A stretch of 64,000 nt of DNA from Escherichia coli. GTDB taxonomy: Bacteria > Pseudomonadota > Gammaproteobacteria > Enterobacterales > Enterobacteriaceae. Position numbers and translations under genes: made by a program. Shown piece by piece: positions 25,869 through 37,085 of the stretch (the stretch's first letter is position 1; each line of letters opens with the position of its first letter). The notes under the pieces were generated by a model. The model saw only the letters and a program-made list of their open reading frames with translations. It did no database searches and was not told the origin of the DNA. The stretch is taken from assembly GCF_003019035.1 (NCBI RefSeq), contig NZ_CP027447.1; one strand, given 5' to 3'.

Positions 25869-25988
25869 TATTAAGAGTATGAAAGTAACATTCTAATAAA
25901 CAATAATGGCGTTGACATCTTCAACGCCATTATTTATTGAATTGCCTGACAGTAGTCTCGTTATAAATTCATTTAGATATAGCGATAA

Positions 25989-26879
25989 CTAAACCGGACG
26001 AACAGGGATAAATATTTCGCAAACAACATCATTGCTATCCTTTTCTACGAAATCTTCATTGTAATAAAATCGCTCAATATCACTGCCGTTCATTCTGGCT
26101 AACCTCCTGGCGGGTAATTCCATCAGATAGAGGTTTCGCGCCCATTCAGGGTAGTGCTCCCACTCACCTTCATAGCGGAAAGAGGCATACAGTCCTCGGT
26201 TAATTGTCCACTCTTTCGACATCTCTGAATCGGTTTGTTTGCATACCGTACCGGCAAAAGTTTCAACTGTGAGCAAATCGACCGATTTTGTTGACGGTTC
26301 GAACGTGGAGACGAAATAGATATCCGTCTTAAAATTCTTCATACATCTGGCTAAATGATGACGTCGCAGTTTGACTTCTTCATCCGGTGATTTATTCGAC
26401 ACTTCAATATCATATTTAAATGAATTGCCAAAAATAGGTGTCTCAGGAAAGTTGACTAATCTACACTCCGTCTTTTGCTGTTGACGTATTAAAAAAGAAG
26501 GGAAGATATTTGCGAGATCCCAATAATCACGGTGGCGGTATTCACGGGGAGAGCAGCCGAATAACTTTTTAAATTCGCGGCTGAATGATTGCTGTGAATC
26601 AAAATGCAAAGAGAGTGCAATATCAAGCATAGATTTCGCGGAGAGCCGGACAAGAATGGCGGCACGACAAAGCCTTCGTTTGCGAATGTATTCTCCCAAA
26701 GGCACATGCATGAAATTTCGGAAAAGAAGCTGGATGTTGCGTCTGCTGTAGCCAGATTTCTGTGCGATATCTTCGATTGAAATAGGGTGCTCAAGATTGC
26801 ACTCAATCCACTCCAGGAGCTGCTGTAGAATCTTCTGCCTGATCATCACATTCTCCGTTAATTCTTTGTCATATCGCAC
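25989..26879 (-). CDS. ykgA: AraC-family regulator with GyrI-like effector domain (YkgA)
   Basis: HTH_AraC segments (IEDIAQKSGYSRRNIQLLFRNF, FDSQQSFSREFKKLFGCSPREYR) plus C-terminal domain; true start may be internal. Confidence 0.7.
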   Translation of the reverse strand: MRYDKELTENVMIRQKILQQLLEWIECNLEHPISIEDIAQKSGYSRRNIQLLFRNFMHVPLGEYIRKRRLCRAAILVRLSAKSMLDIALSLHFDSQQSFSREFKKLFGCSPREYRHRDYWDLANIFPSFLIRQQQKTECRLVNFPETPIFGNSFKYDIEVSNKSPDEEVKLRRHHLARCMKNFKTDIYFVSTFEPSTKSVDLLTVETFAGTVCKQTDSEMSKEWTINRGLYASFRYEGEWEHYPEWARNLYLMELPARRLARMNGSDIERFYYNEDFVEKDSNDVVCEIFIPVRPV

Positions 26880-27078
26880 ATTTTCGTTATGTCCTGGGCC
26901 CTAAGTGTATCAAAAACAGCAAGGGCGAAGGCAAAAGCACTGATAGCGTCTGCTTCATTGCCCCAAAAATAGAGAGATTTCTGCCCTACATTATTAATGA
27001 ATTTTTTGCATAAGTGATATCAAAATCCACATACTAATTTGAGGTTACGTTTTAACGTAGACTCATTGTTCATACCTA

Positions 27079-27963
27079 ATGGAGGGACTGACAGTGGAAT
27101 TTTCCGTATTAAGTAACAATCTGAAAATGCCGATGATGGGATTTGGTGTTTTTCAGGTTACCGATAAAGACGTGTGCAAACAGTCAGTGTTGAATGCTAT
27201 CCGCACGGGTTATCGACTCATCGACACTGCAGCGGTATACGGTAATGAAGATGCCGTCGGTGAAGCCGTTCGTGAAGCCATATCTGAAGGTTTATGTACC
27301 CGAGATGAGTTATTTATAACGTCTAAATTGTGGGTGCAGGATATGTTGAATCAGGATACGGCAAAAGCAGGTATTGAAGCGTCATTAAAAAAATCGGGAC
27401 TAGAATACTTCGACCTCTATTTATTGCACCAGGCTATGCGCGATTATTTCAGTGCGTGGCGTGCACTCGAAGATACCTATGAAGAGGGGAAATTAAAAGC
27501 AATTGGGGTTTCCAATTTCTATCCTCATGTTCTGGCGAACTTTTGTGAAACGGTAAGAGTTAAACCGATGGTCAACCAGGTCGAGTTGCATCCCTATTTT
27601 GCCCAACCAGAGGCGCTGGCTACCATGAAGTATTATAGCGTGCAGCCTGAAGCATGGGCTCCGTTAGGTGGTGGACGACATAAACCCTTTGAAAATAATC
27701 TGCTTCAGAGTATTGCAGATGCCCATCAAAAATCGATTTCTCAAGTCATTCTGCGTTGGAATATTCAACGGGGAGTAGTCGTTATTCCGAAATCGACACA
27801 TCAACAGCGTATCGAAGAAAATTTTGCTATCTGGGATTTCTCACTGACAGAGAAAGAAATGGCACAAATTAGCTCGCTTGATTTGGGTTATGTTGGCGAA
27901 TCGGTAAAACATTTTAATCCTGAGTTTGTTCGTGGTTGTCTTGCTGTAAAAATACATGGTTGA
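27079..27963 (+). CDS. Aldo-keto reductase (294 aa)
   Basis: MPMMGFGVFQ...LIDTAAVYGNE...AIGVSNF; lies where I recall a K-12 dehydrogenase pseudogene (ykgQ). Confidence 0.75.
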   Translation: MEGLTVEFSVLSNNLKMPMMGFGVFQVTDKDVCKQSVLNAIRTGYRLIDTAAVYGNEDAVGEAVREAISEGLCTRDELFITSKLWVQDMLNQDTAKAGIEASLKKSGLEYFDLYLLHQAMRDYFSAWRALEDTYEEGKLKAIGVSNFYPHVLANFCETVRVKPMVNQVELHPYFAQPEALATMKYYSVQPEAWAPLGGGRHKPFENNLLQSIADAHQKSISQVILRWNIQRGVVVIPKSTHQQRIEENFAIWDFSLTEKEMAQISSLDLGYVGESVKHFNPEFVRGCLAVKIHG

Positions 27964-28124
27964 TATTAATCACTTATTTTACCTGAGATGACATAAATGT
28001 TTTAATAAGGGAGTTATATTGAACCTTACATTGTCCTGTTTCAGGTAATATGGCGTCAGGCTTCACCCATTAGCAAGGAAAGCCTGACGCCTGAAAAAGT
28101 GAACAACAGACAGTGTTCGGATTA

Positions 28125-28718
28125 TCAATATTCAGTTTTTAACGTTGAACTGGATTCATTACTGCGTTGTTTAAGAATGTCCCGCGCCGAATCTGCCATT
28201 ATCATGACAGCACCTGCCAGCATCAGAGTATCTTTCAATACCAGGCGACCAGCACCGGATAAATAAGGGAAACCATGATGAGCGTCACCCAATGCGGGTA
28301 CCCATGCCTCCGGGGTGGTGATTAAAAATGAGAGTGTTACCAGCGGCGTGGTAAATGCCATCAGCCCACCCAATAAACCTAACCAGCGATTGACAGGATT
28401 AGCCAAAACCAGCAGAGCAATAATCACCTCCACGACGCCAAGACCGTTGGAAAAACCATAGGTATTATTAGCCGTTTGCCATGCTCTTGCTTCTGGTTTG
28501 TATTCGCCTTCGTGAGTCAGATACTGTTTATAGTCTTCTGGGTGTTCATAAAAGAACGACATTAGTGGACTGTTTGCGACGAATGGTGTAATGCTGTCTG
28601 CCTCGTAAGGGACAAACTTTAATAACCCAATCCACATAAAAACAATCGCAATACTCAGACGAATCAATGTCAGGCCAATTTTATCTCCCCGACTTAACAG
28701 GTGCAGGTATTTCTCCAT
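28125..28718 (-). CDS. rclC: Reactive chlorine resistance inner membrane protein RclC
   Basis: Multi-pass membrane ORF downstream of rclB-rclA; start set at MEKYLHLL. Confidence 0.8.
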   Translation of the reverse strand: MEKYLHLLSRGDKIGLTLIRLSIAIVFMWIGLLKFVPYEADSITPFVANSPLMSFFYEHPEDYKQYLTHEGEYKPEARAWQTANNTYGFSNGLGVVEVIIALLVLANPVNRWLGLLGGLMAFTTPLVTLSFLITTPEAWVPALGDAHHGFPYLSGAGRLVLKDTLMLAGAVMIMADSARDILKQRSNESSSTLKTEY

Positions 28719-28729
28719 TGTAAACATCC

Positions 28730-28966
28730 TTATTTATACAATACTGCTGTTGCGGTTGAATTATTATCAATTCGCATCGATGTGACTTTCCAGGATGAAG
28801 CATTATATTTTCTGGCCATATCAGCAATGGCATCCTCAAGAACTGTCGGTGATGCTGATACTGACGAGACGCTGATATGTTTCAGAATTATTTTATCATC
28901 TGCATTGGTGGAAAATGCCATAACGCCAGATAATAGTGTTGCAAATAAAACAGATTTTTTAAACAT
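28730..28966 (-). CDS. rclB: Periplasmic DUF1471 protein RclB
   Basis: Small secreted protein MFKKSVLFATLLSGVMAFSTNA...; start set at MFKK. Confidence 0.8.
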   Translation of the reverse strand: MFKKSVLFATLLSGVMAFSTNADDKIILKHISVSSVSASPTVLEDAIADMARKYNASSWKVTSMRIDNNSTATAVLYK

Positions 28967-29074
28967 ATAAAATACCATCAATGAAGTGATTAAGAAGTTA
29001 TAAAGTAACAGGGAATTAATAAGATTCTTTTCTCTGAGACGCCAGAATATTTGTTCTGGCGTCTGATTTTGAGT

Positions 29075-30400
29075 TTATTTGACTAATGAAAATAGATCAT
29101 TGAGTGATTCGCTCATCGACGGATGAGTAAATATCTGATCGCGTAATATGCTATAAGGCAGCCCGGCATCCATCACCATTTTCACTATATTGATCATCTC
29201 GTGGGAGTCAACACACAGCAGTGATGCCCCTAATATACGTTGGGTTTTATTATCAACAATCGCTTTTAATACCCCACGAGTATCATTCATCACTCTGGCA
29301 CGCGGAATTGCAGCTACAGGCAATGTCACCACCTGAATATCAGCACCACTCTCTCTGGCCTGTTCTTCTGTCATACCAACCCTGGACAGTGGCGGTGTCA
29401 TGAATACGGAATAAGGCACATTTTTCCGATCATCAGTACTACGTCTGCCTTCTCCCAGCAATTCATCACGCACAATGCGGTAATCATCCAGTGAAATGTA
29501 AGTAAATTGCAGCCCGCCGGTAACATCTCCCATCGCCCAAATATTGTTTGCGGTGGTATGTAATTGCTTGTCAACGACAATTGCCCCGCGCTCGTTTACT
29601 GCGATACCTGCATTTTCTGGATGTAACGAAGCGGTAGCCGGTTGACGACCGGAAGCTATTAACAGTGCATCCACCGCCAGTTGGGCGTGCTCGCTATGCA
29701 CTTGCACTTGATTTTCATGGTGACTGATTCGCTCCACATGGGCATTGAGGATTATATCGACGCCCTGATCGCGTAAAATCGTCGCGATATTATCAGCAAT
29801 ATCCCGATCTTCCCGAGGCAAAAACAGCGAAGCTGCCTCTAAAATGGTTACTTTGCTGCCAAAATTAGCGAATATAGAGGCGAACTCAACGCCAATATAT
29901 CCGCCGCCCAAAATACCTAAATGTGCAGGCAATTCTTTTAGATGAAGTAATCCGGTGCTGTCATATACACCAGGCGTGGTGGTAATTCCAGGAATTGGCG
30001 GAACCACGGTTTGTGCACCGGTATTAATAAAAATTTTCTCGCCATGAATCTCCTGATTTCCCTCAGGCCGATGAACACGCAGGCTATGATTATTGATAAA
30101 CTCCGCCTGGCCGTCGATCACGTCGATATTGGGCATATCCGCAAGATTATGAAAATTCTTATTACGTAAAAAATTAACCACTTCATTTTTACGCTGTATG
30201 GCACGGACAAAATCTGTGTGCTGCTGTGCGTCATGAACCAATGTTTTGGTTGGGATACAGCCGATATTAATACAGGTCCCGCCATACATTGCATTTGATT
30301 GTTCGATGAGAGCCACACGCCAACCTGCTTTTGCCAGCGTGACGGCTAATGTTTTTCCAGCCTTGCCAAAACCAATAATAACTGCCTGATATTTATTCAT
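29075..30400 (-). CDS. rclA: Pyridine nucleotide-disulfide oxidoreductase RclA
   Basis: FAD-binding GFGKAG and redox-active CINIGCIPTK motif; start set at MNKYQAVIIG. Confidence 0.85.
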   Translation of the reverse strand: MNKYQAVIIGFGKAGKTLAVTLAKAGWRVALIEQSNAMYGGTCINIGCIPTKTLVHDAQQHTDFVRAIQRKNEVVNFLRNKNFHNLADMPNIDVIDGQAEFINNHSLRVHRPEGNQEIHGEKIFINTGAQTVVPPIPGITTTPGVYDSTGLLHLKELPAHLGILGGGYIGVEFASIFANFGSKVTILEAASLFLPREDRDIADNIATILRDQGVDIILNAHVERISHHENQVQVHSEHAQLAVDALLIASGRQPATASLHPENAGIAVNERGAIVVDKQLHTTANNIWAMGDVTGGLQFTYISLDDYRIVRDELLGEGRRSTDDRKNVPYSVFMTPPLSRVGMTEEQARESGADIQVVTLPVAAIPRARVMNDTRGVLKAIVDNKTQRILGASLLCVDSHEMINIVKMVMDAGLPYSILRDQIFTHPSMSESLNDLFSLVK

Positions 30401-30626
30401 GATGATTTCCTGTCTAAACGCGTTCATTTGACATCATGACTATAGACGCAAAAGAGCAAATAACATTTCTTCACAACGCTTGATATTTTGTCTTATCGTC
30501 TGGTATTTTCTTTTTCTTAATCAGAATCACAAAACAAAAATCATGATTAACCATTTGATGGTATTAGATTAATTATTGACTAAGATTGTTGGTGTTTGTA
30601 ATCAAAAACCCACTCAGGAGTCTAAT

Positions 30627-31481
30627 ATGGATGCTCTTAGCCGTTTGTTGATGCTTAACGCTCCACAAGGAACGATCGATAAGAATTGCGTGTTAGGAAG
30701 TGACTGGCAACTTCCACATGGTGCCGGGGAATTGTCGGTTATTCGTTGGCATGCGTTAACGCAAGGAGCGGCGAAGCTGGAAATGCCGACGGGAGAGATT
30801 TTTACATTACGCCCGGGAAATGTGGTCCTGCTACCACAAAATTCAGCTCATCGCCTGAGTCATGTCGATAATGAATCGACCTGTATTGTCTGTGGCACTC
30901 TTCGGCTGCAACATTCGGCGCGTTATTTTTTAACGTCTTTGCCGGAAACGCTGTTTGTAGCACCAGTGAACCATAGCGTGGAATATAACTGGCTGAGGGA
31001 GGCGATCCCGTTTTTACAACAGGAATCCAGATCGGCAATGCCGGGAGTGGATGCTCTGTGTAGCCAGATCTGCGCTACATTCTTTATCCTCGCGGTGCGT
31101 GAATGGATTGCACAGGTTAATACAGAGAAAAACATTCTCAGTTTGCTTCTGCATCCACGTCTTGGTGCGGTAATACAGCAAATGATGGAAATGCCAGGAC
31201 ACGCCTGGACCGTCGAATCGCTGGCCAGCATCGCCCACATGTCCCGGGCAAGTTTTGCCCAGCTTTTCCGTGATGTTTCCGGAACCACGCCGCTGGCTGT
31301 ATTAACAAAGTTGCGTCTACAAATAGCGGCCCAGATGTTTTCCCGGGAAATGCTCCCTGTTGTGGTGATCGCTGAGTCAGTAGGCTATGCCAGCGAATCA
31401 TCTTTTCACAAGGCGTTTGTCCGCGAGTTTGGTTGTACTCCGGGAGAATATCGGGAAAGGGTCAGACAGCTTGCACCCTGA
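30627..31481 (+). CDS. rclR: Redox-sensing AraC-family activator RclR
   Basis: Divergent from rclA; C-terminal AraC HTH; start set at MDALSRLL. Confidence 0.85.
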   Translation: MDALSRLLMLNAPQGTIDKNCVLGSDWQLPHGAGELSVIRWHALTQGAAKLEMPTGEIFTLRPGNVVLLPQNSAHRLSHVDNESTCIVCGTLRLQHSARYFLTSLPETLFVAPVNHSVEYNWLREAIPFLQQESRSAMPGVDALCSQICATFFILAVREWIAQVNTEKNILSLLLHPRLGAVIQQMMEMPGHAWTVESLASIAHMSRASFAQLFRDVSGTTPLAVLTKLRLQIAAQMFSREMLPVVVIAESVGYASESSFHKAFVREFGCTPGEYRERVRQLAP

Positions 31482-32006
31482 ATAAAATCGCCAGAAATCG
31501 GGGCAAAGATAATCCGCATTCCGGGAGTTGTGAGCCTTTCGACTATTTCTATTTCCAACGGTGGTTTTGGGCTTTATATATTTTTTTGATGGACTCTAGT
31601 TCAGTTTTTAAATAAAAATGCAAACTAAATTGCTTCAATTAAATAAAATCCCGACTATTACTTGATACGTGATTATTGTCGGTGATTTTTTTGTACACCA
31701 TCAGTGTATATCTCAATAACCCCTGAATAAGTAGCTCTGAATAGGTATAAGGGATGTAGCCTTTTTAAATGGATTTCTTATGCCAAAAATGATCGTCGAT
31801 TTCCCTATAAAATGTGAGCGATGCCGAAAGAAATAAAATTAGTTATTGCATTTGAAGTTTAGATGAAAGATTATCATTTGTCATACAAATGAGGGGTGGT
31901 ATGTTGCTAGCCAATTAAAAAAGAACGCCATATTTATTGATGATTGATCCCCCGGAAGGGGGGAACCATCGGGCATAAATGGGTATGAAGTAATGGAGTA
32001 TTAGTT

Positions 32007-32726
32007 GTGAATGTCAATTTCTTTGTCACCTGTATTGGTGACGCCCTGAAATCAAGAATGGCACGAGACTCCGTGCTGCTACTGGAAAAACTCGGCTGTC
32101 GCGTAAATTTCCCGGAGAAACAGGGATGCTGCGGTCAGCCTGCGATCAATAGTGGTTATATCAAAGAAGCGATTCCAGGGATGAAAAATCTGATCGCCGC
32201 ACTGGAGGATAACGACGATCCCATTATTTCACCGGCTGGCTCTTGCACCTATGCCGTAAAAAGTTACCCGACGTATCTGGCGGGTGAACCTGAATGGGCA
32301 TCACGTGCCGAAAAGGTTGCCGCGCGTATGCAGGATCTCACCTCTTTTATTGTTAATACATTAGGGGTAGTCGATGTAGGTGCCAGTTTGCAAGGGAGAG
32401 CGGTGTATCACCCATCTTGTAGCCTGGCCCGTAAGCTGGGGGTGAAGGACGAACCACTTACGCTGCTGAAAAATGTGCGTGGACTGGAGCTGTTGACCTT
32501 TGCTGAACAGGATACCTGCTGCGGATTTGGCGGCACGTTCTCGGTCAAAATGGCCGAAATATCCGGCGAGATGGTGAAAGAAAAGGTTGCGCACCTGATG
32601 GAAGTCCGCCCTGAGTATTTAATTGGTGCTGACGTGAGTTGCCTGCTGAACATCAGTGGACGATTACAACGGGAAGGGCAGAAAGTCAAAGTGATGCATA
32701 TTGCTGAAGTGCTGATGAGCCGCTGA
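32007..32726 (+). CDS. ykgE: LutA-like Fe-S oxidoreductase subunit YkgE
   Basis: 239-aa cysteine-rich ORF, first of the ykgEFG operon. Confidence 0.85.
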   Translation: MNVNFFVTCIGDALKSRMARDSVLLLEKLGCRVNFPEKQGCCGQPAINSGYIKEAIPGMKNLIAALEDNDDPIISPAGSCTYAVKSYPTYLAGEPEWASRAEKVAARMQDLTSFIVNTLGVVDVGASLQGRAVYHPSCSLARKLGVKDEPLTLLKNVRGLELLTFAEQDTCCGFGGTFSVKMAEISGEMVKEKVAHLMEVRPEYLIGADVSCLLNISGRLQREGQKVKVMHIAEVLMSR

Positions 32727-32736
32727 GGATATAAAG

Positions 32737-34164
32737 ATGTCGATCAAAACCAGTAATACAGATTTTAAGACACGCATCCGTCAGCAAATTGAAGATCCGA
32801 TCATGCGCAAAGCGGTGGCAAACGCGCAGCAGCGTATCGGGGCAAATCGGCAAAAAATGGTCGATGAATTGGGGCACTGGGAGGAGTGGCGCGATCGGGC
32901 CGCCCAGATACGTGATCATGTTCTGAGTAATCTCGACGCTTATCTGTACCAGCTCTCAGAAAAAGTGACACAAAACGGCGGTCACGTCTATTTTGCAAAA
33001 ACCAAAGAAGACGCCACCCGCTACATTTTACAGGTTGCCCAACGCAAAAATGCCCGGAAGGTGGTGAAATCTAAATCAATGGTGACCGAAGAGATTGGTG
33101 TCAATCATGTGTTGCAGGATGCTGGGATTCAGGTGATTGAAACCGATCTGGGTGAATACATTCTCCAGCTGGATCAAGATCCGCCCTCTCATGTTGTGGT
33201 CCCGGCAATTCATAAAGATCGCCATCAGATCCGTCGGGTGCTACACGAACGTCTGGGCTATGAGGGGGCGGAAACGCCTGAAGCAATGACCTTATTCATC
33301 CGGCAAAAAATCCGCGAAGATTTCCTCAGTGCTGAAATAGGTATTACCGGCTGTAATTTCGCGGTGGCAGAGACCGGTTCGGTATGCCTGGTGACCAATG
33401 AAGGTAATGCGCGAATGTGTACCACGCTGCCTAAAACGCATATTGCAGTGATGGGAATGGAGCGTATTGCCCCCACGTTTGCCGAGGTAGATGTATTGAT
33501 CACCATGCTGGCGCGCAGTGCCGTTGGTGCACGTTTGACGGGATACAACACCTGGCTGACAGGACCGCGCGAAGCGGGGCACGTTGATGGTCCTGAAGAG
33601 TTTCATCTGGTTATTGTCGATAACGGGCGTTCTGAGGTGCTGGCCTCTGAATTTCGGGATGTGCTGCGCTGTATTCGCTGCGGGGCTTGTATGAATACTT
33701 GTCCGGCATATCGCCATATTGGCGGTCATGGATATGGCTCTATTTATCCAGGGCCAATTGGTGCGGTGATTTCTCCGCTACTTGGCGGCTATAAAGATTT
33801 TAAAGATTTACCCTACGCCTGCTCTTTATGCACTGCTTGTGACAACGTGTGTCCGGTGCGTATTCCGCTGTCAAAACTGATTTTGCGTCATCGTCGGGTG
33901 ATGGCTGAAAAAGGGATCACCGCAAAAGCAGAGCAACGGGCGATAAAAATGTTCGCTTATGCCAATAGTCATCCAGGATTGTGGAAAGTCGGGATGATGG
34001 CCGGCGCTCATGCGGCAAGCTGGTTTATCAATGGCGGCAAAACACCACTCAAATTTGGCGCGATTAGCGACTGGATGGAAGCACGCGATCTTCCTGAAGC
34101 TGACGGAGAGAGTTTCCGTAGTTGGTTTAAGAAACATCAGGCGCAGGAGAAAAAGAATGGATAA
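32737..34164 (+). CDS. ykgF: LutB-like 4Fe-4S protein YkgF
   Basis: 475-aa ORF with ferredoxin-type cysteine clusters (CIRCGACMNTCP, CSLCTACDNVCP). Confidence 0.85.
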   Translation: MSIKTSNTDFKTRIRQQIEDPIMRKAVANAQQRIGANRQKMVDELGHWEEWRDRAAQIRDHVLSNLDAYLYQLSEKVTQNGGHVYFAKTKEDATRYILQVAQRKNARKVVKSKSMVTEEIGVNHVLQDAGIQVIETDLGEYILQLDQDPPSHVVVPAIHKDRHQIRRVLHERLGYEGAETPEAMTLFIRQKIREDFLSAEIGITGCNFAVAETGSVCLVTNEGNARMCTTLPKTHIAVMGMERIAPTFAEVDVLITMLARSAVGARLTGYNTWLTGPREAGHVDGPEEFHLVIVDNGRSEVLASEFRDVLRCIRCGACMNTCPAYRHIGGHGYGSIYPGPIGAVISPLLGGYKDFKDLPYACSLCTACDNVCPVRIPLSKLILRHRRVMAEKGITAKAEQRAIKMFAYANSHPGLWKVGMMAGAHAASWFINGGKTPLKFGAISDWMEARDLPEADGESFRSWFKKHQAQEKKNG

Positions 34165-34852
34165 TCGGAGCGAATTTTTGAATAACGTTGCTCAGGCACT
34201 GGGTCGCCCGCAGCGACTTGAACCGCAAGCAGAAGATGCGCCGCTAAACAACTATGCTAACGAGCGGCTTACCGAACTTAACCAACAGCAGCGCTGTGAC
34301 GCGTTTATCCAGTTTGCCAGCGATGTTATGTTGACGCGCTGTGAACTGACCAGCGAGGCGCAGGCCGCAGAAGCTGCAATACGTCTGTGTAAAGAGCTGG
34401 GAGATCAGTCGATCGTGATTAGCGGTGACACGAGGCTGGAGGAATTGGGGATTAGCGAACGTTTGCAGCAGGAATGCAATGCCGTTGTTTGGGATCCGGC
34501 GAAAGGTATTGAGAACATATCACAAGCAGAGCAGGCTAAAGTTGGCGTAGTGTATGCTGAATATGGTTTAACCGAATCGGGAGGCGTGGTTCTTTTTTCC
34601 GCCGCCGGGCGCGGGCGTTCATTGAGCCTGCTCCCGGAATCTTCTCTTTTTATCCTGCGTAAAAGCACTATCCTGCCGCGTGTAGCGCAACTCGCAGAAA
34701 AATTGCATCAGAAAGCGCAGGCCGGTGAACGAATGCCTTCCTGCATTAACATCATTAGCGGCCCCAGTTCAACGGCGGATATTGAGCTTATCAAAGTCGT
34801 CGGGGTTCATGGTCCGGTGAAAGCGGTGTATCTGATTATTGAGGATTGTTGA
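34157..34852 (+). CDS. ykgG: LutC-like protein YkgG
   Basis: ORF-track entry 34010.. overlaps ykgF; real start taken as ATG 34157 (MDNRSEF), overlapping the ykgF stop. Confidence 0.8.
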   Translation: MDNRSEFLNNVAQALGRPQRLEPQAEDAPLNNYANERLTELNQQQRCDAFIQFASDVMLTRCELTSEAQAAEAAIRLCKELGDQSIVISGDTRLEELGISERLQQECNAVVWDPAKGIENISQAEQAKVGVVYAEYGLTESGGVVLFSAAGRGRSLSLLPESSLFILRKSTILPRVAQLAEKLHQKAQAGERMPSCINIISGPSSTADIELIKVVGVHGPVKAVYLIIEDC

Positions 34853-35383
34853 GAGAGATATGAAGTCTGGACATAAACCTGAAGAAGGCATACGAGGTTG
34901 AAAATAGCGTTTAGGACAACCTGACTTAACCCCGTTCCGTCATGGTTATGCTGCTCTTCTGTAAATATCCTGGCATTACTAATGCCAGGATATTTAAATT
35001 GAAAAAGACAGGCATCCATTCCTGAAAACGGGTTCCCTTCCCGGTCATTGTCACTTCAGCTTTATACAGGCACTCTCTATCAGAATGCTGTTTATTACTG
35101 CCCAGAGTTTTGTTGGTATTCATCTACCTTTTTCTTCAGATAAAATAAAATCTCAATCAGATCGATATCCTGTTTGATTTGTTCACTCATAATATATCCA
35201 GAAAATAAAATCTGCCGCAGATAAATGAATTAATAGTCTGTATCAGGAATGTTCGGGTTAAATATCAGCAAAAAGCCAGCATCATGAATACTGGATATGA
35301 AGCATGAGAGTTACCTCAGTGTTTTATATAAGGATTCGGTCCTCATAGTAGAACGGTAACTCTCAATCTGATAGGTTCCTGAG

Positions 35384-37072
35384 TCAGTTCACATCACGAC
35401 TCATTTTTTTCGCTCTCACCGGCATCCCATTTGCCACATAATATCCCGCCGTGCTCCTCGGCAACGCATCCTTCCCGCGAATCATATCCGCCATTTTCTC
35501 GCCAATCATAATCGTCGTGGCGTTCAGATTGCCGGTGATAATCTGCGGCATAATTGACGCATCGACTACGCGTAATCCTTCCAGCCCGTGCACGCGGCCT
35601 TCGCCATCCACAACGGACATCTCGTCGTACCCCATTTTGCACGTACCGCATGGGTGGAAGGCGGTTTCGGCGTGATTACGCACAAACTCATCGAGCTGCT
35701 CATCCGTCTGGCATTCGACACCGGGGCTGATTTCGCGGCCACGATACTGATCCAGCGCCGGTTGATGCATGATCTCCCGGGTGATGCGAATTGCGTCGCG
35801 GAACTCCTGCCAGTCCTGCTCGTGCGACATGTAGTTAAACAGAATTCCCGGATGCTGGTGCGGGTCGCGGGATTTAATCCGCACATGCCCACGGCTTGGC
35901 GAGCGCATCGATCCGACGTGGCACTGGAAGCCGTGCTCTTTCACTGCGTTCGAGCCGTTATAGTTAATCGCCACTGGCAGGAAATGGTACTGAATATTCG
36001 GCCACGCAAATTCCTCACGGCTGCGAATAAATCCGCCTGCTTCAAAGTGGTTGCTGGCACCAACGCCGGTGCCGCCAAACAGCCACTCCGCACCGATTTT
36101 CGGCTGATTCCACCACTGCAGGGCAGGGTAGAGGGAAACCGGTTCTTTGCACTCATATTGCAGATACATCTCCAGGTGATCCTGAAGATTTTCGCCGACG
36201 CCAGGTAATTCATGCACCAGCGGAATATCAAACTCCGCCAGCAGTTCAGCGTTGCCGACGCCGGAGCGTTGCAGGATCTGCGGTGAAGCAATCGCGCCTG
36301 CACATAACAGCACTTCTTTATTCGCCGCCGCGCGGGTCGGAATGGTGCTGTCGCCTTCCAGCCACTCGACGCCCACCGCGCGTTTGCCGTCAAAAATGAT
36401 GTGATCGGTCATGGCGTGAGTACGAATAGTCAGGTTAGGGCGCGATTTGGCCTGATCGAGATAGCCACGCGCGGTGCTGGCGCGACGGCCATGCGGCGTG
36501 ACGGTGCGATCCATCGGGCCAAAACCTTCTTGCTGATAGCCGTTGAGATCGTCCGTGCGCGGGTAGCCCGCCTGCACGCCCGCTTCAATCATCGCTTCAA
36601 ACAGCGGATTGACGCCGGGTTTGGAGGTGGTGACGCTCACCGGGCCATCACCGCCGTGGTAGTCGTTCTCGCCCACATCGCGAGTCTCGGCCTTGCGGTA
36701 GTAGGGCAGGCAGTCGAGATAACTCCAGTTCTCCAGACCAGGTTCTTGTGCCCAGTTATCGAGATCCAGCGCATTGCCACGGATGTAGCACATACCATTG
36801 ATCAGCGATGAACCGCCCAGACCTTTGCCGCGTCCGCACTCCATGCGACGGTTGTTCATAAACGGTTCCGGTTCCGTCTCATAGGCCCAGTTATAGCGTT
36901 TACCCTGTAACGGGAACGCCAGCGCGGCGGGCATCTGGGTGCGGAAGTCAAAGCGATAGTCCGGGCCGCCTGCTTCAAGCAGCAGCACGGTTATGTTCGG
37001 ATCTTCAGTCAGACGGGTAGCGAGGACGTTGCCGGCTGAGCCGGCACCAATAATGATGTAGTCAAATTGCAA
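35384..37072 (-). CDS. betA: Choline dehydrogenase BetA
   Basis: GMC oxidoreductase with FAD motif [11 protein letters not shown]; start taken as the TTG (LQFDYIIIG) with AGGAGG upstream, coordinate +/-1 nt. Confidence 0.85.
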   Translation of the reverse strand: MQFDYIIIGAGSAGNVLATRLTEDPNITVLLLEAGGPDYRFDFRTQMPAALAFPLQGKRYNWAYETEPEPFMNNRRMECGRGKGLGGSSLINGMCYIRGNALDLDNWAQEPGLENWSYLDCLPYYRKAETRDVGENDYHGGDGPVSVTTSKPGVNPLFEAMIEAGVQAGYPRTDDLNGYQQEGFGPMDRTVTPHGRRASTARGYLDQAKSRPNLTIRTHAMTDHIIFDGKRAVGVEWLEGDSTIPTRAAANKEVLLCAGAIASPQILQRSGVGNAELLAEFDIPLVHELPGVGENLQDHLEMYLQYECKEPVSLYPALQWWNQPKIGAEWLFGGTGVGASNHFEAGGFIRSREEFAWPNIQYHFLPVAINYNGSNAVKEHGFQCHVGSMRSPSRGHVRIKSRDPHQHPGILFNYMSHEQDWQEFRDAIRITREIMHQPALDQYRGREISPGVECQTDEQLDEFVRNHAETAFHPCGTCKMGYDEMSVVDGEGRVHGLEGLRVVDASIMPQIITGNLNATTIMIGEKMADMIRGKDALPRSTAGYYVANGMPVRAKKMSRDVN

Positions 37073-37085
37073 ATAAACCTCCTGG

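Noticed and set aside
34010-34160. Upstream extension of ykgG overlapping the ykgF 3' end
   Set aside because: The extension is in-frame read-through with no start signal; the ATG at 34157 gives the expected 231-aa YkgG.
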